DNA of 64,000 bases from an uncultured Candidatus Micrarchaeota archaeon. GTDB lineage: Archaea; Micrarchaeota; Micrarchaeia; Anstonellales; Bilamarchaeaceae. Below, one piece after another: positions 9,972 to 20,233 of the stretch. A program made the translations under genes and the position numbers. Every line of letters begins with the position of its first letter. Within the stretch, counting starts at the first letter, position 1. The notes beneath the pieces were generated by a model. That model worked only from the letters and a program-made list of their open reading frames with translations. It did not search any database and was not told where the DNA came from. The stretch covers positions 704,001 through 768,000 of the forward strand of contig OY970229.1 in the NCBI GenBank assembly GCA_963714085.1, given 5' to 3'.

Positions 9972-10206
9972 CGTATCCCTTTCTTTCGGCTCTGGCGAGC
10001 GGCTCGATAAACGCGACTTTGGCAGAATGAATTTTTATGAGGTTGTATGGGACGCTAATGATTATATTTATACGCGTCGATAAGTTGAACAGGTGCGTTT
10101 CAGGCCAATGGCGTCCTGGCAGAGATATTTATGGTAGATGGACGCATAGGCGATTTCAAGGGCAGGCCGCCGGGTACGAAGCTTCAACTGCGGAAGGGGT
10201 GGATTC

Positions 10207-11253
10207 ATGAGGATATTTGTCGCTGGAAATCTGGGGTATATCGGAACGACCATGACGAAAATGATGCATGATGCGGGCCATGAGGTTGTAGGCTGCGACT
10301 GCGCCTATTTCAACGATGGCTTCATTCAAGGAGATCTGAAGGGCTTCATGAAAGAGTATGTGAAGAAGCAGATAACCAAGGACGTCCGGGACATAAATGG
10401 ATCAGACATCGCAGGCTGCGACGCGGTCGTGGACTATTCCGGGCTCGCGAACGACCCTGCCTCGGACCTCAATCCGCTCTGGACCGACCAGATAAACCAC
10501 CTTTCCCCCGTCCATCTCGCCAATCTGGCGAAAAAAAGCGGCATACGCCGTTTCGTATTCGCCTCGTCCTGTTCGACATATGGGGCGCAGTCCGGAGACA
10601 GCATGGTGGAGGAGACCTCGCCGCTACTTCCCGTATCGGCATACGCGAAAGCGAAGATAGGGGTCGAGCAGGATGTCGGCAGGCTGAAAGACCGGAGCTT
10701 CCACCCTACATTCATGAGGAACGCGACTGTCTTCGGTTTGTCATACCGGATGAGATTCGACCTCGTAGTCAACAACCTGACCGGATGGGCATACACCACG
10801 GGAAAAGTCAAACTCCTGAGCGCGGGAACATCATGGCGACCCAGCCTCCACGTCGAAGACTGCTGCAAGGCAGTGATGGCAGTGCTTGAGAGCCCGGAAG
10901 ACGGCGTGAGCGGCGAGGCGTTCAACATCGGCATGGATTCCGAGAATTTCAAGATAGTTGAAATCGCCGGCATGGTGAGGGAGATTGTGCCCAACTGCGA
11001 ACTCGAGGTCGGCAAGGACGCCCCGGTCGATCCGAGGTCCTACAGGGTTTCATTCAAGAAGATACATGAACGCATCAAATTGTTCAAGCCGTCATGGACG
11101 GTGCGGATGGGCATAAGGCAGCTTTATGAGCATTTCAGGAAGATAAACCTGGAGTATGAGACATTCTCGGCCAAGAGATTCTACGACGTGGATACTATGA
11201 AACGACTGATAGCCGAGAACAGGGTGGATGGAGATTTGAGGCTCAAGAACTAG
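10207..11253 (+). CDS. NAD-dependent epimerase/dehydratase (extended SDR)
   Basis: AGNLGYIG, GLANDP, FASSCSTYG, YAKAK, RNATVFG..RMRFDLVVN. Confidence 0.85.
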   Translation: MRIFVAGNLGYIGTTMTKMMHDAGHEVVGCDCAYFNDGFIQGDLKGFMKEYVKKQITKDVRDINGSDIAGCDAVVDYSGLANDPASDLNPLWTDQINHLSPVHLANLAKKSGIRRFVFASSCSTYGAQSGDSMVEETSPLLPVSAYAKAKIGVEQDVGRLKDRSFHPTFMRNATVFGLSYRMRFDLVVNNLTGWAYTTGKVKLLSAGTSWRPSLHVEDCCKAVMAVLESPEDGVSGEAFNIGMDSENFKIVEIAGMVREIVPNCELEVGKDAPVDPRSYRVSFKKIHERIKLFKPSWTVRMGIRQLYEHFRKINLEYETFSAKRFYDVDTMKRLIAENRVDGDLRLKN

Positions 11254-11269
11254 GATCAAAGGCGAAAAA

Positions 11270-12175
11270 ATGGAAGAACTACTTCTCCTCATTCTTTTCC
11301 TGATCTCCGGCTACCTGCTCCCGAAGTTCAGGCTCGCCAAAGGCACGGATTACAAGTTGCTAACGAATTTCGTCTTCTACGTCTGCCTGCCCTGTTCCAT
11401 ACTCTCGTCTTTTGCGGGGGTGGTGATAACCGGTTCGTTATATCTCGCCATCGGCATCCTTTTCGCGACGTTCATAATATTCACGGTATCGACGCTCGCG
11501 GTGGCGTCGTTCTTGAAGCTCGACAAGCGCATGTTCTACGCAATCCTGATCTGCGGCTTTTTCGGGAATATAATCTACTTCGGTTTTCCGTTCGTCCAGA
11601 TGCTCATGGGGAATGGCGCGCTCCCGCTAGCGGGCATCTACGTAGCGGCGTATAATCTCTTCATATTCGCGCTCCTGCTCCCATTCATATCCACGCAAGC
11701 CGGGGGAAAGCAGACCGGAAAGGACGGCATCGTGAAAGCGCTCAGGAATCCGTGCGTGATTTTCACGTTCATCGGCATCGTCGTCCTTGCCCTTTCGCTA
11801 GACATTGGAGCTGTAGTGCCGTACCTGCAGGGTTTCGCATCGCTCACGACGCCGATCTCGCTCGTCGCCATGGGGCTGTTCCTTTCGGACAAACTCCGCG
11901 TGAAACTTGACGGGAACCTGGTTTCTATCATGGCTGCGAAAATTGTGTTCTTCCCGCTGATAACGGCCATCCTGCTCGTGATAAGCGGGCTCTGGGGCTC
12001 AGCACCGGGGAGAGAGATGCTGTTGTTGTCCTTCATGCCCGTCGCGATAACCAGTTTCGTGATCGCCGATTCACTAAATCTGGACCTGGACGAACTGGTG
12101 ATGGACGCAATCGTAGCGACGAGTGTGGTATCCACACTTGTCGTGTTCGGGCTTAAGCTCTTAGGAGTGTTCTGA
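11270..12175 (+). CDS. AEC (auxin efflux carrier) family transporter
   Basis: About 10 hydrophobic segments; NFVFYVCLP, FGNIIYFGFP, NP..I, PISLVAMG, MPVA motifs. Confidence 0.8.
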   Translation: MEELLLLILFLISGYLLPKFRLAKGTDYKLLTNFVFYVCLPCSILSSFAGVVITGSLYLAIGILFATFIIFTVSTLAVASFLKLDKRMFYAILICGFFGNIIYFGFPFVQMLMGNGALPLAGIYVAAYNLFIFALLLPFISTQAGGKQTGKDGIVKALRNPCVIFTFIGIVVLALSLDIGAVVPYLQGFASLTTPISLVAMGLFLSDKLRVKLDGNLVSIMAAKIVFFPLITAILLVISGLWGSAPGREMLLLSFMPVAITSFVIADSLNLDLDELVMDAIVATSVVSTLVVFGLKLLGVF

Positions 12176-12256
12176 CGGATCAGTCCTCCTTAAGTCGCTC
12201 TGTTTCTTTAGTGATTTTCTTCTGGGCAGGAAAGAGGGTGATGACCAGTATGTCTT

Positions 12257-13228
12257 CTACTTTGGGATGGTCGGACCTGTCATGGAAGGGATAATATGGC
12301 GTCTGTATGAAAGCAAGCCTTTCATGATTGCTGCGCTCATGAGCAGGATCCGATAAGGCAGCCTGACGAGGTCGGCGGGGGAGAGTAAGAAGGCCACATT
12401 GCTTTTGCTGAGGTCGCTCCGCTTATCCGCCCTCCGGACGATGAGCCGGGCGTAAATCCGCGCCATCATCTTCAAGAGCTCCGGCAAAGGCGCATAGCGT
12501 GCGTAGAATATTATGATGTTCCTCGCGATTACGTAGTCTCGTTCGTCGCTGGCGGTTATCGAACCGCCTTCCAGATGGTAAAGAGATACGTTGCCTGCGT
12601 AGATTATCTTGAAACCGGATTTCCTGGCTCTGAAGCAGAGGTCTACATCCTCGCAGTAGTATGGGGAGAAGATTTCATCGAAGCCGCCGATTTTCCCAAG
12701 AACTTCTGTCCTGATGAGACATGCCGCCATGGTGACCGCGTCAAGTTCCTCGATGTCTCCCAAACTCGATGCCGAGCCGCCTCTTCCCCGGTGCCGGTCC
12801 GGCCAGAATGATATCCCCCCATGCTGGATCGTGCCGTTCGGATAGAGCAACTTGCAGCCTAGGATGCCTGCCGAGGGGTTTTTCCCCGCGACTGACACCA
12901 GCGAAGAGAGCCAATCCGAAGCTATGATGGTTATGTCGTCATTCAGGAATGCGATGTAATCGCAGGGGAACTCCCGCATCGCGAGGCTGAATGCCTGGTT
13001 CGCCGCCTTGGTCAGGCCGATGTTCTTCGCTACGCCGAAAAGCGTGACCTCGGGGTATTCCTTTTGTATTATATCCTTCGAATGGTCGGTGGAGCCGTTA
13101 TCGAAAACGAATGTCCTCTGATTCGGGTAGTCGGTTTTCCTGAGCGAATCTAGGCAACCGCGTATGAGGCCCTCTCCATTGTAATGTACTATGACTATGG
13201 CGACGGGAGGTTGGTCCCTAGGGCTCAT
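12257..13228 (-). CDS. Glycosyltransferase family 2
   Basis: VIVHYNG, DNGSTD, FLNDD, GGFDE.F.PYYCEDVDLCFR; ATG at 13228 overlaps the upstream TGA (ATGA). Confidence 0.88.
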   Translation of the reverse strand: MSPRDQPPVAIVIVHYNGEGLIRGCLDSLRKTDYPNQRTFVFDNGSTDHSKDIIQKEYPEVTLFGVAKNIGLTKAANQAFSLAMREFPCDYIAFLNDDITIIASDWLSSLVSVAGKNPSAGILGCKLLYPNGTIQHGGISFWPDRHRGRGGSASSLGDIEELDAVTMAACLIRTEVLGKIGGFDEIFSPYYCEDVDLCFRARKSGFKIIYAGNVSLYHLEGGSITASDERDYVIARNIIIFYARYAPLPELLKMMARIYARLIVRRADKRSDLSKSNVAFLLSPADLVRLPYRILLMSAAIMKGLLSYRRHIIPSMTGPTIPK

Positions 13229-14469
13229 CCGACCACGTCTGTCAAAGAAGCGATGATGCGCGGGGATGGGACCGGTATTATGAATTTTCCTCCCGATTCG
13301 AGGAATTTCTCTTGCTGCTTGATTATCTCGGGAGCGAAGTTCCAAGCCAGTATGAGGACTACGTCCGGTTTGCTTGAGTAGAGCGCCTCCGGGGCGAGTA
13401 TAGGTATGTGCGTGCCAGGAGTGTAAAGGCCTTGCTTGTACTCGCTCTTGTCCACGGTGAAGTCTATCAGCCGCGTGTCTATTCCGCAGAAACAAAGCAG
13501 CGTGTTCCCTTTGGCTGGTGCGCCGTAGGCAGCGAGCTTCCTGCCCTGCTTCTTGAGATCCTTCAGCATGGACACGAGGTTTTCATTGAGCCGCTCGACC
13601 TTGTCTGCGAAGCCCTTGTAGGTCTCAAAGTTCCCGAGCCCCAGCTTTTTTTCGAGCTCCTGCTGTCGCTGCACAGCTGGCAGGACGGGTCGCGGGCCTC
13701 CTTTGCGCTGCACGAAGATGCGTATCGAACCGCCATGGATATCGGTCCTCTTGACGTTGAAGATCTCCATGTCGTGCATGGCGAACAACCGGACCAGGGG
13801 CCCAAGCGAGAAGTAGGAGAGGTGCTCGTGATAAATCGTATCGAATTCCACCTTGTCCAGCAGCTCCGCGAGGTAAGGGAACTCGAGGACCAGGAAACCG
13901 TCTTGCGCGAGAAGCGTATTCACGCCTTCGATGAGGTCGTGGACGTCATTGACGTGAGCGAACACGTTATTGCCTACTATCGCGGTGGCCTTGCCGTATT
14001 TCGCCTCAATGGATTTGGCAGAACGGGAATTGAAGAAATCGTTGAGCGTCGGAAGGCCTTCCTTGTTTGCCTTCTCGGCTATGTTGGCGGCTGGGTCCAC
14101 GCCCAGGAACCGGATACCATGCCTGGTCAGGTTTTTTATGAATATGCCGTCGTTGCTGGCTATCTCGACAACGAATGCATTGGATTTGTCAGAGTGCATC
14201 GCGGCCACTTCGTCAGCATAATCCGAGAAGTGCTTCATGAGCGTGGGCGAGGTCGATGAAAAATACAGGTAGTTGCTGTACAGCTTCTCTGGAGAAACTA
14301 CTTCGCCAAGCTGGACGAGGCCGCAATCCTCGCAGAAGTAGACATCCAGCCGTTCTTTGTACTCCGGCTTGCCCAGGTCCTCCTTGGTGAGATAGCTGTT
14401 GGCGAGCGCGACAACTCCCAGATCCAGGAACCTCTTGAGCCGGCTACCCTTGCAGATGCGACAGTGCAA
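13225..14469 (-). CDS. NDP-sugar C-methyltransferase (Zn-binding; TylCIII/TcaB9-like family)
   Basis: CRIC...CEDCGLVQL, EIASNDG, NVFAH, FDTIYHEHLSYFS, HGGSIR, YGAPAKGNT, LAWNF. Confidence 0.88.
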   Translation of the reverse strand: MHCRICKGSRLKRFLDLGVVALANSYLTKEDLGKPEYKERLDVYFCEDCGLVQLGEVVSPEKLYSNYLYFSSTSPTLMKHFSDYADEVAAMHSDKSNAFVVEIASNDGIFIKNLTRHGIRFLGVDPAANIAEKANKEGLPTLNDFFNSRSAKSIEAKYGKATAIVGNNVFAHVNDVHDLIEGVNTLLAQDGFLVLEFPYLAELLDKVEFDTIYHEHLSYFSLGPLVRLFAMHDMEIFNVKRTDIHGGSIRIFVQRKGGPRPVLPAVQRQQELEKKLGLGNFETYKGFADKVERLNENLVSMLKDLKKQGRKLAAYGAPAKGNTLLCFCGIDTRLIDFTVDKSEYKQGLYTPGTHIPILAPEALYSSKPDVVLILAWNFAPEIIKQQEKFLESGGKFIIPVPSPRIIASLTDVVG

Positions 14470-14582
14470 TAAATCACCATCCTACGAACAGATACCAGAT
14501 TACGAATATTTTTATGATGCTTGGAAGCAGTATTAAACAATCACAATTAAAAAGAATGAAGAGCGGTTCGCGGTGATTATCC

Positions 14583-15476
14583 TTGGATGCGCTGGTGCTA
14601 GGCGGGAGCGGCCTTGTCGGAGAAAGAATCGTGATGGCGCTGCAGCGCGCAGGCTTCCGGATGGCATATACCTACTTGGGCAATGCGCTGGATATCCAGG
14701 GAGCGGAAGGCATAAGGATGGACATATCCGATTCCGAAGCGCTCACGAGCCTGCTTGAAACCAAAAAGACTAGGTTCGTAATAAACACGGTGGCACTCCC
14801 TTCGGTGGACAAATGCGACGATGACGAGGAACTCGCCTTCAAGGTAAATGCCGAACCCCAGAAGCTGCTGGCTGACTTTTCCAACAGGACTGGCGCCGGC
14901 ATAGCGTTTATATCCACCTCCAACGTGTTCGGACCTTCGGATAGGTCCTTCAGTGAGGATGACCGGCCAGGCCCGATAAACACGTACGGCAGGACGAAAC
15001 TCCGCGGTGAGGAGTATACTCTGCGCGCGAAGCGGCATATCATACTGAGAACCGACCAGGTATATGCTTGGACCAGAGAAGGACAGAAAAAGACGTTCGT
15101 GGAGAAGACGCTCGGGAAGCTTGAGAACGGGGAGACTGTGGAGGTATGCAGGGATTGGTTCAACTGCCCTACCTACGCTGACGACCTGGCTGTCGCCCTG
15201 GTGAAACTCTTCGCGGGCAGCCATTGGGGGGTTTTCCATGCGGTTGGGCCCACGTATATCAACAGGTACGAATGGGCTGTCCGCATCGCAGATGCATTCA
15301 CGCTCGACAGATCTTTGGTGAGGACTATAGATTCCTCGGTCCTCGGCCTCCCGGCTCGCCGCTCGAACTGCTCCCTGAGCAATAAGAAAATTGAGCGAGT
15401 CAGCGGAGTGCGGTTCCTTTCCGTGGATGAGGGGCTGGAGAGGATGATGACTACTCGAAGTAGTCGGCATCCTTGA
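14583..15476 (+). CDS. RmlD-like NDP-4-keto-6-deoxyhexose reductase
   Basis: LGGSGLVG, VDKCD, ISTSNVF, P.NTYGRTKL.GE, PTYADDLA, ARR. Confidence 0.82.
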   Translation: MDALVLGGSGLVGERIVMALQRAGFRMAYTYLGNALDIQGAEGIRMDISDSEALTSLLETKKTRFVINTVALPSVDKCDDDEELAFKVNAEPQKLLADFSNRTGAGIAFISTSNVFGPSDRSFSEDDRPGPINTYGRTKLRGEEYTLRAKRHIILRTDQVYAWTREGQKKTFVEKTLGKLENGETVEVCRDWFNCPTYADDLAVALVKLFAGSHWGVFHAVGPTYINRYEWAVRIADAFTLDRSLVRTIDSSVLGLPARRSNCSLSNKKIERVSGVRFLSVDEGLERMMTTRSSRHP

Positions 15477-16008
15477 AAAGCGGCCACTTCTTGTCCTTCT
15501 CGGATAGTGTCGGGTTTGTCACGTTCCAGTTTATTCCGAGTTGCGGATCGTTCCACAGGACGCCGCGCTCGTTATCCGGGGAATATCCGTTGTCGACCCT
15601 GTAGAGCAACGCGGCGTCTTCTGTGAGACTCACAAACCCATGCGCGAAGCCGCGGGGCACGAAAAGGCTCAGCATGTTCCTGGCTGAAAGCACGATGCCA
15701 GTCCACTTGCCGAAAGTCGGCGAGCCTTTCCGCAGGTCGAGGATTACGTCGTATATCTCTCCGTTCAAGCACCGCACCAGCTTCCCTTGCGCGTATTTGC
15801 CGGATTGGTAGTGCAGGCCGCGTAGCACGCCCTTTTTCGAAACTGTCAGGTATTCTTCTGGGAAATACGGCTCCATGCCGAACTCCTTGAGCACGGCTTC
15901 GGTATAAAGCTTGTAGAACGTGCCCCGCTCATCACGGAACTCCTGGGGTTTTAGGACGAATGCATCTTTGAGCGGCAGATTCTCGCCTTCGAGTTTTCGG
16001 ACAATCAT
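15451..16008 (-). CDS. rfbC: dTDP-4-dehydrorhamnose 3,5-epimerase family
   Basis: DERG.F, GVLRGLHYQ, QGKLVRC, DLRKGSPTFG, PRGFAHGF, WNDP, LSEKD. Confidence 0.9.
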   Translation of the reverse strand: MIVRKLEGENLPLKDAFVLKPQEFRDERGTFYKLYTEAVLKEFGMEPYFPEEYLTVSKKGVLRGLHYQSGKYAQGKLVRCLNGEIYDVILDLRKGSPTFGKWTGIVLSARNMLSLFVPRGFAHGFVSLTEDAALLYRVDNGYSPDNERGVLWNDPQLGINWNVTNPTLSEKDKKWPLFKDADYFE

Positions 16009-16077
16009 GCGAACGCCTTCGACTTAGTTCGTTTATAGTTCTTTTGCCTTCGAAGAATTACGCCTGCACAGATGAGG

Positions 16078-16845
16078 TTATTTCCACACCTTCCACGGTG
16101 CGTTCCCCGACGTCCAGAGTTCTTCAAGCTCTCTCTTCTCACGCAGGGTGTCCATCGGTTTCCAGAAGCCGGAATGCTTGTAGGCCATGAGCTGGCCTTT
16201 TTTTGCAGCCGATTCGAGCGGCTCCCTCTCCCAGAGCGTGCGGTCGTCTTTTATGTAATCGAACACTGCCGGCTCCAAAACGAAATAACCGCCGTTTATC
16301 CAAACCCCGTCGCCCCTGGGTTTCTCCAGGAATGAAAGGACCCGGTCATCATGGACATCGAGGGTCCCGAAGCGCCCCGGCGGCTGGACTGCCGTGATGG
16401 TCGCGTTCTTGCCGTGCTTCCTGTGGAAAGCGAGCAGCTTGGAAATGTCGACATCGGACAGGCCGTCGCCGTAGGTCAGCATGAACGTCCCGTCCACGTA
16501 CTTTTGGATCCGCTTCACCCTGCCGCCGGTCTCGACCTTGTCCCCAGTGTCGACCAGCGTTACCGTCCAGTCGTCCACGTTGGTGTTGTGGACGGTCATC
16601 TTGTTGGTCTTGAGCTCCATGGTGACATCGGAATTGTGGAGGAAATAATTAGCGAACCATTCTTTTACCATGTAACCCTTGTATCCCAGGCATATCACGA
16701 AATCCTTGATGCCGTAGTGCGAGTACGTCTTCATGATATGCCAGAGGATGGGCTTGTCGCCTATCTCGACCATGGGTTTCGGTTTGACCACTGTCTCTTC
16801 GCTCAGGCGGGTGCCTAGGCCACCCGCCAGTATCACAGCTTTCAT
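16078..16845 (-). CDS. rfbF: Glucose-1-phosphate cytidylyltransferase
   Basis: ILAGGLGTRLSEET..KPKPMVEIG, LTYGDG, WINGG, GFWKPMDTLR, APWK. Confidence 0.95.
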   Translation of the reverse strand: MKAVILAGGLGTRLSEETVVKPKPMVEIGDKPILWHIMKTYSHYGIKDFVICLGYKGYMVKEWFANYFLHNSDVTMELKTNKMTVHNTNVDDWTVTLVDTGDKVETGGRVKRIQKYVDGTFMLTYGDGLSDVDISKLLAFHRKHGKNATITAVQPPGRFGTLDVHDDRVLSFLEKPRGDGVWINGGYFVLEPAVFDYIKDDRTLWEREPLESAAKKGQLMAYKHSGFWKPMDTLREKRELEELWTSGNAPWKVWK

Positions 16846-16919
16846 GAGGGTGCTTTGGTAGGCAACTGATTAAAATATTCCGAATGCACGGACACCGGCC
16901 CGCTCCCTCCAGAAATCAG

Positions 16920-18308
16920 TCACTGTGTGAGGTTTTGGCACTGGTTTTCGTATAGCACAGTCGAATGGTCCACAAAACCGAGCTGGGCGAACAGGAACGG
17001 CTTAACTTCGATCAGCGTCTTTTGCTCCTTAAGGCAGGGCACTTGCACTGGGACAAAGCCTTTCATGGCCACGACGTATTTACATGCGTTGTAGGTGTAC
17101 CCGTTCGGTGGAATCATCTCATTTTGGAAGTAATTGACCTGGTCCCTTAGCATATAGAAATATTCGAAAGAGAAGCACGTGCCCGGGGGTAGGGTCGAAG
17201 TCATATTGATTATGTTGGTGGGATTCCCCGTGGACAGTGCTTCCTGGCCCACGGCGATGAAACCGAAAACCATGTTCAGGGCGATTATCGAGACCAGGTA
17301 TGCCCGCACCTCCTGCGAATCATGGTTCTTTATTATCCAGTAAAGCAGGAACGGCACCGCCATTATCGCGTACTTGGATTCTGCCCCCATCGGGACGATT
17401 GCGATGAATACGAAGACCCCGAAAAGGAACTCGAGCCCTGGGATTTTTTTGGATTTCAGCTCCTTCCAGCCAAAGAAGAGGGTCGGAAGTATCATGGGGA
17501 AGAATTTGAACAGGCCGAGCAATGACGGGAGGTATGCTTTTTGCACGCCTACCGAGAGCCCGTTATCGAGGATCTGTTCTATTGCGCTGGATGGCTGCAG
17601 GCTTATGAAGTAGAGATACGGCAGGAGGAAGATGCCGCAGAACACCAGCATGGTGATTAGATTTTTGTTCTTGTATGATTTCGCCACGGCGTAGATGACA
17701 AGTAGCGCTGCGGCGAAGTGCGTGCTGATGGCCATCGCGGACAACAGGCCCAGCAGCACCGGCGAGCTGACCACCAGCATCGCGACTGCGATTACTCCCA
17801 TCAGCGCTTCGGGCCGGTTCGTTATCGCAGTGTAGATGAACCCGGGCGAGAGTATCGCGGCTACGAGCAGGAGCTTGCTCACCTCCCCGGACGGCTTGAG
17901 TTTCGTGAGGAAGTCCAAGAGCAGCCATAAGCCGAGAAGAGAGAGTATGATTGGCAGTATGACAGGGGCGATCAAGCGCAGGGTGGAATCGGTCGGATCG
18001 AAAAGGTGGTAGACCAGGCTTTCCAAGACGAAATAGAGCGGGGGCATCCAGTAGGTGTTAGAGCCGAAACCCGTCAGGTCCGGCCTCAGGCTGTTGGTGA
18101 GCACTCCGTACTTAGCCAGGTTATACGCGGGTGCGAAGAAGAAACTGATATCCATGATGATGTCCCGCGGCTTGAACGTCTGGAGATATGCTATGGCGGC
18201 GAATTGGATCAGGATTATGAGAAGCGCAAGGCCGACCAGGCGCCTGTTTTTTGAGATTTTATCTAGTAACGAGGCGACGCCAGAGCTATATTTATCTAAG
18301 TCGTACAC
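16920..18308 (-). CDS. Polytopic membrane protein, probable GT-C (PMT/ArnT-like) glycosyltransferase
   Basis: N-terminal TM then D-containing loop, YWMPPLYF, NRPE, ~11 TM segments and a C-terminal soluble domain; glycan-locus context. Confidence 0.55.
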   Translation of the reverse strand: MYDLDKYSSGVASLLDKISKNRRLVGLALLIILIQFAAIAYLQTFKPRDIIMDISFFFAPAYNLAKYGVLTNSLRPDLTGFGSNTYWMPPLYFVLESLVYHLFDPTDSTLRLIAPVILPIILSLLGLWLLLDFLTKLKPSGEVSKLLLVAAILSPGFIYTAITNRPEALMGVIAVAMLVVSSPVLLGLLSAMAISTHFAAALLVIYAVAKSYKNKNLITMLVFCGIFLLPYLYFISLQPSSAIEQILDNGLSVGVQKAYLPSLLGLFKFFPMILPTLFFGWKELKSKKIPGLEFLFGVFVFIAIVPMGAESKYAIMAVPFLLYWIIKNHDSQEVRAYLVSIIALNMVFGFIAVGQEALSTGNPTNIINMTSTLPPGTCFSFEYFYMLRDQVNYFQNEMIPPNGYTYNACKYVVAMKGFVPVQVPCLKEQKTLIEVKPFLFAQLGFVDHSTVLYENQCQNLTQ

Positions 18309-18366
18309 GCGTTATCTTAGCGGGTATTTGTTCTATAAATTTATCGCAATGGGTTCCTGAAGACGT

Positions 18367-19401
18367 TCAGGAGCCTTCGGTCGCCCTGTCCTCGACCCCG
18401 TTTATGTCATCCAGTATGCCGGCGATGCTCTCCCTGTGGATATAGTCAAGGATGGTCCATATGCCGCCTATCGCGTCTACTACTATCATCAGGACACGGG
18501 TGAGCAGGGCGAATGGGACCCCGATTCCAAGGGGCACTCCGAAAAGCACGAGCAGGCCTGCGAACGCCGCCTCCGAGGTCCCGGTCCCTGCGAGCGTTGG
18601 TATCGGTATGAACTGGATGAGCGTTACCGAAGGATGCAGGAGCAGGAAGAAACCCAGCTCGACAAAAGGATTCGGGAACAGGGTTATGCCGAGCGCCCGG
18701 GCGAGGCAGAACCATTCCAGCCCCTTTAGGAACCATGTCGTCAGGGTCACTCCGAGGACGGTCCCCCACTTGTCGACGAGCACCTTTGAGTTCTTCTGCA
18801 TCAGGTGGAAGAGGAAGAAGAACTTCCTGCCGATGGAGAATCGTTTGATGAAGGAGAACTTTTGCAGCAGCGCGGGCGAGAACAGGAGCGCGGAGAAGAA
18901 GCCGATGATCACGAAGATGCCGAGGATGGGCCCCAATATGAGCAGGGGATTGCCGTTCCCCAGCAGGTCCATGTGCCCGAGCACGAAGAAGACGAGGAGC
19001 GTGAGCCCGAGCGCCTTTACAGCGAACTCCAGCATCTGCGGGCCGAATATGGCGAGCATCGACTTCTCGATCGGGATGTCGTGCTTTGAGGAGAGGACGA
19101 ACGCGGTGAAGAAATAGCCGCCGCGGGCGGGCGTGAAATCCGAGGCGCTCATGCCTGCGAAATTGGCGTCCAGCGCTGCCCTGAACGATATCTTGTGCCC
19201 GACCTCCGCTAGAAGCGCCTGTATCCTGTATGCCATCATGGCATTGAGCGCCACGTAGCAGAGCACGGCCAGCAGCAGGTAGCGCCAGTCCGCCTTGGAG
19301 AGGACTCCTATGATCTGCTGCGGACTGACGATGTAGATGAGCACGGCTATGAACAGGATAGCGAATAAGGCGCTGATGATGAGCTTTCCCTTGTTTTCCA
19401 A
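18367..19401 (-). CDS. Lysylphosphatidylglycerol synthase TM-region / AglD2-like flippase family protein
   Basis: ADWRYLLLA, DFTPARGG, IPTLAGTGTSEA, ALLTR; ~8 TM; divergent from the GT2 gene. Confidence 0.75.
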   Translation of the reverse strand: MENKGKLIISALFAILFIAVLIYIVSPQQIIGVLSKADWRYLLLAVLCYVALNAMMAYRIQALLAEVGHKISFRAALDANFAGMSASDFTPARGGYFFTAFVLSSKHDIPIEKSMLAIFGPQMLEFAVKALGLTLLVFFVLGHMDLLGNGNPLLILGPILGIFVIIGFFSALLFSPALLQKFSFIKRFSIGRKFFFLFHLMQKNSKVLVDKWGTVLGVTLTTWFLKGLEWFCLARALGITLFPNPFVELGFFLLLHPSVTLIQFIPIPTLAGTGTSEAAFAGLLVLFGVPLGIGVPFALLTRVLMIVVDAIGGIWTILDYIHRESIAGILDDINGVEDRATEGS

Positions 19402-19472
19402 AAATCACACCTGGAGGAATCTGACTCAAATGATTTTAAAAGCAAATTGAACGAATAAAACCTGTTGAGAGC

Positions 19473-20204
19473 ATGCCCAAGACCGATTTGACAGTGGTGA
19501 TACCGACCTGGAACGAAGCCGGCAACATAGGCAAGGCGCTGGAGCAGGTAACAGGTGTGCTGGAGAAGGCGGGCATCTCCCACGAGATACTGGTCATGGA
19601 CGATGCGAGCAAGGATGGGACGGACAAGGTCGTGAACGATTTCGCGCAAAAACGGCCCGCAGTGCGCTTCATAGCGCATCCGCCTCCGCCCGGCTTCGGA
19701 TATTCCATCAGGGATGGCGTCAGGATGGCCAAGGGCGACGCGGTCGTGATAATGATGGCCGACCTCTCCGACGACCCTTCCTATCTGCCGGACATGCTCG
19801 CCCGGATGCAGGATGGCTGCGACGTGGTGGTCGGCTCCAGGTTCCTCCAGGGCTCGAAGATCTACGGCTACCGGCCGCTCAAGTACCTCTCCAACCGGCT
19901 CTTCAACATCTCGGTCCAGCTCTGCTTCCTCACCGGGATAAACGACGCGTCCAACGCGTTCAAGATGTTCAGGACCGAGCTGATACGCGGGCTCCCGGTC
20001 GAGTCCCGGAGCTTCACGGTCTCGGCTGAGATGATGCTCAGGATGAAGATAGCAGGCCATAAAATCTGCCAGGTCCCTGTGACCTGGACCGACCGGACCG
20101 AGGGAACGGCCAAATTCCGCCTGCGCAACACCTTTTATAATTATTTTCTTCTACTAGTGAGGATGGTAAAACTAGCGTATATAGACGGCTTGTTGAAACG
20201 CTAA
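19473..20204 (+). CDS. Polyprenol-phosphate glycosyltransferase (DPM1-like GT2)
   Basis: VIPTWNE, MDDASKDGT, MMADLSDDP, VVGSRF, D...AFK. Confidence 0.88.
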   Translation: MPKTDLTVVIPTWNEAGNIGKALEQVTGVLEKAGISHEILVMDDASKDGTDKVVNDFAQKRPAVRFIAHPPPPGFGYSIRDGVRMAKGDAVVIMMADLSDDPSYLPDMLARMQDGCDVVVGSRFLQGSKIYGYRPLKYLSNRLFNISVQLCFLTGINDASNAFKMFRTELIRGLPVESRSFTVSAEMMLRMKIAGHKICQVPVTWTDRTEGTAKFRLRNTFYNYFLLLVRMVKLAYIDGLLKR

Positions 20205-20233
20205 TCATAGAGGCTGGCGGGGCCGTTCGACGG

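Noticed and set aside
12257..13495. 412-aa version of the GT2 and similar N-terminally extended ORFs (hldD 6655, taw1 25599, galE-like 25978, serA 43149, purQ 49763)
   Set aside because: The extensions overlap neighbouring genes or promoters; homology begins at the later Met
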